In this document: in pieces, positions 44,459 through 52,364 of the stretch
Layout of the letters: the number at the start of each line of letters is the position of its first letter
Position numbering within the stretch: the first letter of the stretch is position 1
Made by a program: the position numbers and the translations under genes
The notes under the pieces: generated by a model
Told to the model about the DNA's origin: nothing
What the model saw: only the letters and a program-made list of their open reading frames with translations
Databases searched by the model: none
Assembly: GCA_017558145.1 (NCBI GenBank)
Contig: JAFYWF010000116.1
Span: 4,415 to 68,414 of the forward strand
Source: Lachnospiraceae bacterium
GTDB taxonomy: Bacteria; Bacillota; Clostridia; Lachnospirales; Lachnospiraceae
Direction of reading: 5' to 3'
Length of the DNA stretch: 64,000 bases

Positions 44459-46495
44459 CTATACATCATACAAATCATGATAGCATCTATATTTAATTCC
44501 CATACTATCTAATTGTGCTCCAATTGGTCCATAATATTGGTTTGCAATAAACACCAATCTTTCTTTCTCAGGAACTTCTAAAATTGCTTTCGGTGATTTA
44601 ATAATTAATCCAAATCTTGTCGTGTTCCATATGGAAGAATCGTTATCCACTAAAAATTCTGGTCTATATTTAGTACCCCAAATTTCTGTAAAATTATACG
44701 CCATAACTCCAGCCCCAAACAAAATAATCTTTTTATTTGGCTGATTCAAATACTCTTCCAATCGAATAACCTCTTCCCATTCATTTGCTATACTTCCTAA
44801 CAAAGAAATATAGGGCATGTGTAAATCATTTGGTGCTTTATTAAAGATTCCTTCTGTGTTAAATATCAAACGTCCTGCATAATGCTGTCTTCTGAGTTCG
44901 CCGATGATTCTATGCCAATCTGTGGTTTTATTTCCTCGTCCCATAGTATAGGTATATGGTATCTGCCTATCATTATGAATTCCATCATTATCATTTATAT
45001 GTACTAATTTAAGTAAATTGCCTGCCTCCTCTATCATAGTACGAAGGTTCTTGGATAATACATTCCCATTACCAACATCAATACTAATTCCAATACATTC
45101 CTTATCACAGATGCGATTAATCTGCCTTGCTATTCTTTTTAAATTAGTTATCTCTGATGCTTCACTGCAAATATATTCTTGTTGCTTAGAGATCACATAC
45201 CCATTTTCAAGATAGATTTCTATTTCCTTATCTATCAAGAGATCAACAAAACTTTCCAAGATATATGAAATAATACGTGTAGAGGCTACTCCTTCTGTAT
45301 TGATTACAATATAGCTTACACCCATGTCCTCCGCTATCATTACTGCATGAAAAAACTGTTCTTCATCTAAATCAATTCCCTTTAAGATTATCCCTGTTGG
45401 AACCGGCGTGCTATTCTGAGAGATTACTCCATCCTGCCATTGTTTATATTCATCCAAATCTTCATAGTTTATTTCCGTTTCTGTAAATCCCTGTTCACAT
45501 AAGAATGCCGGAACATCTTCCCTCCACACATGTTTCATATAAGGGATTCCTGTTTTAAATTTTCTATCCTTCATTACTCCAATACTTTCTCCTGTCATTA
45601 GTTGTAAATTCTTATCTGCTTTTTCTATGGATTCTGAACCTAAGATAAATTCTCTTCTGAAATCATAATAGAAAGGCGACTCTTTTGCATAATCCCACCA
45701 CAATTGCTCCATTTCAAAATGTCCAATTTTAGGATTCCAAGGTTTTCCCGCCAAAAAATGTACCAGCGTTACTTTTTCTTTCGCTTCTTTGTAACCAACA
45801 CCAAAATTGTGTGCAAATCTGGCATATAAATTATATTTAACAGTTTCTACGAATTTTACATCTTTCCAATGAACATAATTCAACAAATCCTGATCCGGTG
45901 TTTCCAACCGATAATCATACTTTTGGGCTACTTCCATGTATGCCTTTAATCCATATTTTTCTCGAAGTAGCTTTAAGTTCATTAATAATACACCAGAATT
46001 AAAATAGGTGAATCCTTCCCTTACATGTTCTTTGAACATTTCATCACGATATTGAAACACACCAATACCGGAAAATGGTTCCGGACAAGCACACAAAGCA
46101 TTTCCATTAAATTCTGTATGATATAGTTCTTTTAAGGAATGATTTACAACAATATCTACATCCAGATACAAAATTCTCTCTATTTCCTCCGGTAATATTT
46201 CCGGAAGCACCAATCGATAAAAAGACTCCACCGGCCAATTTGCATATTCTGTACATTCTTTTGGAAAATAAGATGGTTCAATCTGCAACCAATGCACATA
46301 TCCCCCATAGGATTGTATCAAGTTTTCTAAACAATGTTTTTCTTTTTCAATCAGTTCGCTTTGCAATAGATAAATATGCATCTGAACATCTTTACCTTGG
46401 TTTTCAAATAAAGACATCAACATTACATAAGTATATCTGACATAATTTCTATCCAATGCAACTGCAATATTCATTCTGCTATCATCCATGTGCAT
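44459..46495 (-). CDS. Triple fusion: GT8 glycosyltransferase - xylose-isomerase-like TIM barrel - Rossmann-like FGxG...DN..W module
   Basis: N-terminus MNIAVALDRNYVRYTYVMLMSL...LYLDVDIVV...FNSGVLLMNL (GT8). Middle LVHINDNDGIHNDRQIPYTYTMGRG...RLIFNTEG, parallel to the 43517 protein. C-terminus KKIILFGAGVMAY...LVDNDSSIWNTTRFGLIIKSP. Confidence 0.7.
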   Translation of the reverse strand: MHMDDSRMNIAVALDRNYVRYTYVMLMSLFENQGKDVQMHIYLLQSELIEKEKHCLENLIQSYGGYVHWLQIEPSYFPKECTEYANWPVESFYRLVLPEILPEEIERILYLDVDIVVNHSLKELYHTEFNGNALCACPEPFSGIGVFQYRDEMFKEHVREGFTYFNSGVLLMNLKLLREKYGLKAYMEVAQKYDYRLETPDQDLLNYVHWKDVKFVETVKYNLYARFAHNFGVGYKEAKEKVTLVHFLAGKPWNPKIGHFEMEQLWWDYAKESPFYYDFRREFILGSESIEKADKNLQLMTGESIGVMKDRKFKTGIPYMKHVWREDVPAFLCEQGFTETEINYEDLDEYKQWQDGVISQNSTPVPTGIILKGIDLDEEQFFHAVMIAEDMGVSYIVINTEGVASTRIISYILESFVDLLIDKEIEIYLENGYVISKQQEYICSEASEITNLKRIARQINRICDKECIGISIDVGNGNVLSKNLRTMIEEAGNLLKLVHINDNDGIHNDRQIPYTYTMGRGNKTTDWHRIIGELRRQHYAGRLIFNTEGIFNKAPNDLHMPYISLLGSIANEWEEVIRLEEYLNQPNKKIILFGAGVMAYNFTEIWGTKYRPEFLVDNDSSIWNTTRFGLIIKSPKAILEVPEKERLVFIANQYYGPIGAQLDSMGIKYRCYHDLYDV

Positions 46496-46523
46496 ATTCT
46501 CCTTGGAACAATCTTTCTAATAT

Positions 46524-46552
46524 ATTATCGTCTATATATCTACTTTTCTCAA
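46524..46552 (-). promoter_or_regulatory. Candidate sigma-A promoter for the 46495<-41666 operon
   Basis: Minus strand: TTGAGA (rc 46547-46552), 17-nt spacer, GATAAT (rc 46524-46529). Confidence 0.3.
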
Positions 46553-46566
46553 CCCTTATCTCTTCC

Positions 46567-46594
46567 TAAAGTTTTATCGTTTTCTTTCCGATAT
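46567..46594 (+). promoter_or_regulatory. Sigma-D/sigma-28-type promoter (TAAA-N17-CCGATAT) for the plus-strand glycan operon
   Basis: TAAA (46567-46570), 17-nt spacer, CCGATAT (46588-46594), 34 nt upstream of the ATG at 46629. Confidence 0.55.
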
Positions 46595-46628
46595 ATTTAA
46601 AAATGTAAGAAAGAAAAAGTATGTATTT

Positions 46629-47660
46629 ATGGCAAAAGTGAGTGTGATTATTCCCTGCTTCAATGCACAGTTTTATATAGACAGATGCCTTACCTCAGTT
46701 ACTTCCCAATCCATCGGAATAGATTCCTTAGAAATCATATGTGTTGATGATGCTTCTACGGATAATACCTGGGAAAAACTGCAGCAATGGGAACAGCGAT
46801 ATCCCAATCAGATTATGATTCTTCATTTTGATACCAATTCCAGACAAGGAACTGCCCGTAATGTAGCATTACAATATGCCACTTCTCCTTGGATAAGCTT
46901 CGTGGATTCCGATGACTGGATTGAGCCTGATTATTACCAAAAGCTACTATATTGTGGAGAACAGACAGCTTCTGATATCGTAATCTGTAAGACTATACGG
47001 GATTCTTCTTTAGAATTATCATTTTTAGATAATACTAAAACAGGTGAACCGAATCGTTTTATGGTGATAGACTCTTTGGAAAAACGCAAACTATTCTTAG
47101 TGCTTCGCAGCATGGATTCTCTTGCTTGTGCAAAGATTGTTCGTAAAGATTTTCTGTTAGAAAATCAGATTTTTTTTCCGGAATACCTTACCTACGAAGA
47201 TACCTATTGGGGCTCTTTGCTTCATCTGTATACAAACAGGGTGTATTTTTTAGAAGAAACTCTTTATCATTATTATATTAATGAACATTCTTCTGTTTTA
47301 CAGTCTAACTCGGAACATCATTTGGATCTTCTTACGGTACAGATGCGGTTATGGAACGAATGGGAAGAACGAGGCTTTCTAGAAAATTTCAGAGAAGAAT
47401 TAGAATATGATTTTCTTCATTCCTGTTATCTTCGCTTTTTGAAGGTTCTGGTTTACCGCTACCAAACACCCCCTTTATCACTGTTTCTTTTATTACAGCA
47501 ATTGATTCAGAAACGAATTCCGGATTTTTTAAATAACTCTTATTTACAACAAATAGAGCAACCGGATTTTTATAAAATATTATTTCAAGCAATAACATTA
47601 CCCATGAATAAGGAATCGTTTATGGAATTTACTACATCTATCCAAAGAATTGGAATGTAG
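46629..47660 (+). CDS. GT2 glycosyltransferase (paralog of 51317..52360)
   Basis: VSVIIPCFNAQFYIDRCLTSVTSQSIGIDSLEIICVDDASTDNT...SFVDSDDW. Confidence 0.85.
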   Translation: MAKVSVIIPCFNAQFYIDRCLTSVTSQSIGIDSLEIICVDDASTDNTWEKLQQWEQRYPNQIMILHFDTNSRQGTARNVALQYATSPWISFVDSDDWIEPDYYQKLLYCGEQTASDIVICKTIRDSSLELSFLDNTKTGEPNRFMVIDSLEKRKLFLVLRSMDSLACAKIVRKDFLLENQIFFPEYLTYEDTYWGSLLHLYTNRVYFLEETLYHYYINEHSSVLQSNSEHHLDLLTVQMRLWNEWEERGFLENFREELEYDFLHSCYLRFLKVLVYRYQTPPLSLFLLLQQLIQKRIPDFLNNSYLQQIEQPDFYKILFQAITLPMNKESFMEFTTSIQRIGM

Positions 47661-47661
47661 T

Positions 47662-47806
47662 TGTAACAGTTCAACCATGACCAATCACTACGCTGATTGG
47701 TCATGAGAGAAAGTGTAAATATAAAGAAAGCAGCACCCAGCTCGCTGAAAGCGACTTTAAATCTGGGTGCTGCCCGTAACAGGAAGCCGGAGGCTGAACT
47801 GTTACA
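47662..47806 (+). other. GC-rich ~145-nt structured insert: three perfect 11-12-bp helices in a three-way-junction layout (MITE-like element or unknown cis-RNA)
   Basis: P1 is tgtaacagttca (47662-47673) / tgaactgttaca (47795-47806). P2 is catgaccaatca (47676-47687) / tgattggtcatg (47694-47705). P3 is gcagcacccag (47730-47740) / ctgggtgctgc (47763-47773), with an inner tcgc-tgaaa-gcga. TGTAG lies on both flanks (47656-47660, 47807-47811). Confidence 0.6.
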
Positions 47807-47831
47807 TGTAGGTATTACAAGGAGGTAAATT

Positions 47832-48812
47832 ATGTTACAATTCGAACCATCTTATTTTAACGCAGAAGACCGCGATGGTTTCCACATCAAATCTATGGTA
47901 AAACGCTGCTGGGCTGTTCAGCTTAAGGTTCTATCAGAAATTGATGCTATCTGCAAACGCCACAATATTATGTATTATGCTGAATGTGGAACTCTTTTAG
48001 GCGCTGTCAGACATGGTGGCTTTATTCCTTGGGATGACGATTTAGATATTGGTATGCGACGCGTGGATTATACCCGCTTTCTTCATTATGCAAAAACAGA
48101 ACTTCCGGAAGGATATTCTATTATTAATGTAAAGGGAAATGGTATCCAATTAATTTGTAGAGTTGTAAATACCCTTTTTATTACCATGAATCCTAAACAA
48201 CTAGAAGAATTCTATGGTTTTCCCTATATTGGCGGTATTGATATTTTTATAACCGATAATATTCCTAAAAACAAAAATGAAGAAAATGTTCAACTGGAAT
48301 TATTGGCCGCCGTTAACAGCTTAGCCATTAATTGGGATAAAAAATTTTCTAATACACAATCTGATAATCTGGATGTAGAATCTGTAGAAAATGCTTCTAT
48401 GGAAGAAAAAATGGAATTAGTCAAACAAATTGAAGAATTATGTAATATAAAATTGGATCCAAACAAATCCATGAAACGTCAGCTACTTATTCTATCAGAT
48501 CAGATTTGTGCCATGTATTGGGATGACGAACCAAACGAAGTTTCCTTAATGCCTGATTTGGTGCTTAAAAGAGAGTTTCGTTTTCCGGTAAGCTATTATG
48601 CCTCTACCATAGATATGCCGTTTGAAAATACTACCATTCCTGTACCGAAAGAATATGATAAAATTTTACGAAAACGATATGGTGACAACTATATGACTCC
48701 AATCCAATGTACAAGTTCTCACAATTATCCTTTTTACTGTCATCAGGAAAAACGTTTATTCGCTGAATTTGAAAAACAGAATCTACCAATTCCTGCTTAT
48801 TTGAAAGAATAG
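47832..48812 (+). CDS. LicD-family phosphotransferase, copy 2
   Basis: AECGTLLGAVRHGGFIPWDDDLDIGMRRVDYTRF. Confidence 0.85.
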   Translation: MLQFEPSYFNAEDRDGFHIKSMVKRCWAVQLKVLSEIDAICKRHNIMYYAECGTLLGAVRHGGFIPWDDDLDIGMRRVDYTRFLHYAKTELPEGYSIINVKGNGIQLICRVVNTLFITMNPKQLEEFYGFPYIGGIDIFITDNIPKNKNEENVQLELLAAVNSLAINWDKKFSNTQSDNLDVESVENASMEEKMELVKQIEELCNIKLDPNKSMKRQLLILSDQICAMYWDDEPNEVSLMPDLVLKREFRFPVSYYASTIDMPFENTTIPVPKEYDKILRKRYGDNYMTPIQCTSSHNYPFYCHQEKRLFAEFEKQNLPIPAYLKE

Positions 48813-48833
48813 TCTCCTACAGGAGGTTTGCTT

Positions 48834-50177
48834 ATGAAAAAAGTTATTACATACGGTACTTATGATTTATTTCATCAAGGTCATTATAATCTGTTAAAAC
48901 GTGCCAAAGAATTAGGCGATTACTTAATTGTTGGTGTTACTACAGAGCATTACGATGAATCCAGGGGAAAGGTTAATGTCATTGATCCTTTACTGGAACG
49001 CATTGAAAATGTCCGAAAAACCGGGTTTGCGGATATGATTATTGTAGAAGACCATGAAGGACAAAAAATTGAAGATATTCAAAAATATAATGTGGATATT
49101 TTTACCTTAGGATCTGATTGGGTTGGTACTTTTGATTATTTAAAACAATTTTGTAAGGTTATTTATTTAGATCGTACGCCCAATATTTCCTCTACTCAAT
49201 TACGTCAAACCAGAAGCCAGATTATTCGTACCGGTATTATCGGCACCGGACGAATCGCACCCCGTTTTCTTTCTGAATCCAAATACGTAAGTGGAATTGA
49301 AATTACTTGTGCATACAATCCGGAAAAAGCAGAAGGAAAATTATTTGAAATCAATCATGATATCAAATGCTTTTCAGATTCCATTGATGAATTTTTATCT
49401 TATGTAGATGCCGTTTATATTGCATCTCCCAACGAAACTCATTATGAATACGCTAAAATTGCTTTAGAACAAGGTAAACACGTATTAAGTGAGAAACCGT
49501 TAGCTTTTACCAAAGAAAAAACTTTAGAGCTACATGATTTAGCAGATGCCAATAACTTAATTTTATTAGAAGGAATTAAAACTGCTTATTGTCCCGGTTT
49601 TCAGCAGCTTCTTAACATTGCCCATAGTGGACGAATTGGCAAAATATACGATGTGGAAGCCACTTTTACACGTCTGGCAAATCCGGAAGCCAGGGAATAC
49701 ACAGATTATAACTATGGTGGTTCTTTTTTGGAATTTGGTGGATATACCATGCTTCCTATTATTAAATTGTTAGGAACCGATTATAAAGAGATACAGTTTA
49801 ATAGTATCTTGAATGAAGATGGTAATGATATCTACACTAAACTTCACATAAAATATAAAGATACTATGGCATCCGCAAAAACCGGTATTGGTATTAAATC
49901 AGAAGGACAATTGGTTATCGCTGGAACCAAAGGATATATTTTAGCCGAATCCCCTTGGTGGCTTACGAAAAAATTTGTAGTTCGCTATGAAGATCCTACC
50001 GTGATAGAAACCTACGAACCTAATTTCCAAGGAGATGGTCTTCGTTATGAAATTGCAGAATTTGTTGCATCTATTAATGGTTACAGCAAAAATAGCTATA
50101 AATTAACCAAAGAAGAATCTCTTGCCATGGCTGCCATTACAGAAGAATTTATGAAACTCCGTAAGGAACAAAAATAA
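48834..50177 (+). CDS. Fusion: TagD-type (HxGH) cytidylyltransferase (N) + Gfo/Idh/MocA oxidoreductase (C)
   Basis: ORF 48828..50177, whose track start is TTG. ATG at 48834 lies 7 nt after AGGAGG. KKVITYGTYDLFHQGHYNLLKRAKELGDYLIVGVTT, then IRTGIIGTGRIAPRF...EKPLAFT. Confidence 0.8.
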   Translation: MKKVITYGTYDLFHQGHYNLLKRAKELGDYLIVGVTTEHYDESRGKVNVIDPLLERIENVRKTGFADMIIVEDHEGQKIEDIQKYNVDIFTLGSDWVGTFDYLKQFCKVIYLDRTPNISSTQLRQTRSQIIRTGIIGTGRIAPRFLSESKYVSGIEITCAYNPEKAEGKLFEINHDIKCFSDSIDEFLSYVDAVYIASPNETHYEYAKIALEQGKHVLSEKPLAFTKEKTLELHDLADANNLILLEGIKTAYCPGFQQLLNIAHSGRIGKIYDVEATFTRLANPEAREYTDYNYGGSFLEFGGYTMLPIIKLLGTDYKEIQFNSILNEDGNDIYTKLHIKYKDTMASAKTGIGIKSEGQLVIAGTKGYILAESPWWLTKKFVVRYEDPTVIETYEPNFQGDGLRYEIAEFVASINGYSKNSYKLTKEESLAMAAITEEFMKLRKEQK

Positions 50178-50225
50178 ATTTTCTAAATTATTTTATTTCT
50201 ATTTTTACATTTATGGAGAAATATT

Positions 50226-51302
50226 ATGTTACCAATTTCTATCTGCATGATTATGAAAAATGAAGAAAAGAATCTGAAGACATGTTTGGAATCTGTCAAA
50301 TGCTTAAATTGTGAATTAATTTTAGTAGATACCGGTTCCACAGATTCTACTCTGGAAATTGCAAAAAAATATACGGATAAAATCTATCATTTTGATTGGA
50401 TTCATGATTTTGCAGCTGCAAGAAATTATTCTCTTTCACTTGCTATCAATGATTGGGTACTTGTTTTAGACTGTGATGAATCCATATCTTCCATAGATAT
50501 GGATTCTCTTTCTATGTTTATGGATATTCACCCTGATAAAATAGGTCTTCTTTCCCGTCGTAACCATTATGAAATGAACCAAAGCGATTCCGTATATACA
50601 GATCAAGTTGAACGTTTTTTTAATCGCAAGCTATATGAATACCGTGGTGAAGTTCATGAACAGGTAGTACCAAAAGCTTCCGCTATTTCTTTAAATCTTG
50701 GAAAAAAAGAATCGATTAATCTGTATTTAGAGCACTTTGGATATGTAGGCTCTCCGGAAGAATTACATGCAAAAGCTATGCGTGATGCTGAGATACTGAA
50801 AATAATGCTTGTAAAAAATCCTAATGATCCCTATCTCTATTTTCAATTAGGACAAAGCTACAATATGCTTCATGATGATGAGAAAGCTTTGTATTATTAT
50901 GATAAAGGACTTTCCTTTGATGTAAATCCCGAAGCAGAATATGTTCAAATGATGGTCATAGGATATGGATATGCCCTACTTCATTTAGAACGATATGAGC
51001 AGGCGCTGGGATTAGCTAATATTTATGATGTCTTTGCCGTATCCGCTGATTTTATTTGCCTTATGGGTTTAATCTATTTACGCACCGGTAATCTACTTAG
51101 TGCTATGGGTGAATTTTTAAAAGCAGCTTCCCATCCGGTTGCTCATATGGAGGGGGCCAACTCTTTTATTCCTTATTACAATATGGGCTGTATCAATGAA
51201 TTGTTGGGGGATTATAATATGGCACTTTCCTTATATAAAAAATGTGGTTCTTTTCCTATGGCTTTATCTAAGATTCAAGAATTAGAATCTAAAATACAAT
51301 AA
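50226..51302 (+). CDS. GT2 glycosyltransferase with C-terminal TPR-like region (paralog of 14842..15954)
   Basis: ISICMIMKNEEKNLKTCL...VDTGSTDST...DFAAARN...LDCDE, and YFQLGQSYNMLHDDEKALYYYDKGLSFD. Confidence 0.8.
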   Translation: MLPISICMIMKNEEKNLKTCLESVKCLNCELILVDTGSTDSTLEIAKKYTDKIYHFDWIHDFAAARNYSLSLAINDWVLVLDCDESISSIDMDSLSMFMDIHPDKIGLLSRRNHYEMNQSDSVYTDQVERFFNRKLYEYRGEVHEQVVPKASAISLNLGKKESINLYLEHFGYVGSPEELHAKAMRDAEILKIMLVKNPNDPYLYFQLGQSYNMLHDDEKALYYYDKGLSFDVNPEAEYVQMMVIGYGYALLHLERYEQALGLANIYDVFAVSADFICLMGLIYLRTGNLLSAMGEFLKAASHPVAHMEGANSFIPYYNMGCINELLGDYNMALSLYKKCGSFPMALSKIQELESKIQ

Positions 51303-51316
51303 AGGAGGATTCTTCT

Positions 51317-52360
51317 ATGGCCGCAATTAGTGTAATCATACCTTGCTACAACGTTTCCTCCTATATCGATAGATGCCTTACTTCCATTACTTCACAAACC
51401 ATAGATCTTTCCCTCCTGGAGATTATTTGTATCGATGATGCATCCACCGATGATACCTGGCAAAAGCTTCAAACATGGGAAGCAAAGTATCCGGATAATA
51501 TTATGATTATCCAATGTAAAGAAAACGGACGGCAGGGAAAAGCCCGCAATATTGGCTTATCCTATGCTTCTGCTAATTGGATTGCTTTTATAGATTCCGA
51601 TGATTGGATAGAACGTGACTATTTTCAAAAAATGTATGCTGCTGCCTGCAGCACTGCTGCTGATTTGATTACCTGTGGAAATGTACGTGATTTTTCTTAC
51701 CAATTACAATATCGACATGATAACAATTATGACTATTCCAAAGATGCTGTTTGTGGCAAATATATTACAATAGACTCTGAAGAAAAGAAAAAACTATATA
51801 TCCGTATGATGAGTTCTGACTTAACCGCTTGGGGAAAACTAATCAAAAAGGATATTTTATTAGACAATGAAATCTTTTTCCCCGAAGGACTGGCTTACGA
51901 AGATAACTATTGGGGAACTTTATTACATTTTTATGTTAATAAAATTTATGAAATAGACCTTCCCTTATATCACTATTTTGTAAATGAGAAATCTACCATT
52001 CTTTCCATGAATGCAGATTATCACGAAGATTTCCTAACTGTCCAATTACTAAAATGGAATACTTTTTTGGAACGTGGATTTTTTGAACAATATTCAGAAG
52101 AAATTATCTTTGATTTTCTTCACGCATGTTATTTAGATTACCTTAAAATCATTTGCTTAAGATTCGATCCACCATCCTTTAGTAGATTCCTACTACTAAA
52201 AGAAATTATATTAACACACATTCCTAATTATTCTCACAATAAATACTTTGAACAAGGCTTCACAGAATTCCAACACATGCTAATAGACATGCTTCGATTA
52301 CCTGTGAACAAAGACCAATTTCTTGAAATTTCCGGATATATTAAACTTCATGGAATTTAA
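51317..52360 (+). CDS. GT2 glycosyltransferase (paralog of 46629..47660)
   Basis: ISVIIPCYNVSSYIDRCLTSITSQTIDLSLLEIICIDDASTDDT...AFIDSDDW. Confidence 0.85.
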   Translation: MAAISVIIPCYNVSSYIDRCLTSITSQTIDLSLLEIICIDDASTDDTWQKLQTWEAKYPDNIMIIQCKENGRQGKARNIGLSYASANWIAFIDSDDWIERDYFQKMYAAACSTAADLITCGNVRDFSYQLQYRHDNNYDYSKDAVCGKYITIDSEEKKKLYIRMMSSDLTAWGKLIKKDILLDNEIFFPEGLAYEDNYWGTLLHFYVNKIYEIDLPLYHYFVNEKSTILSMNADYHEDFLTVQLLKWNTFLERGFFEQYSEEIIFDFLHACYLDYLKIICLRFDPPSFSRFLLLKEIILTHIPNYSHNKYFEQGFTEFQHMLIDMLRLPVNKDQFLEISGYIKLHGI

Positions 52361-52364
52361 TTTA

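Noticed and set aside
47662-47806. Assignment of the three-helix element to a known riboswitch class (c-di-GMP-I/II, ZTP, guanidine, PRPP, others)
   Set aside because: I could not align the conserved cores I remember for these classes. The only resemblance is a short AAGCCGGAGGC stretch. It is kept as an unknown structured element or MITE.
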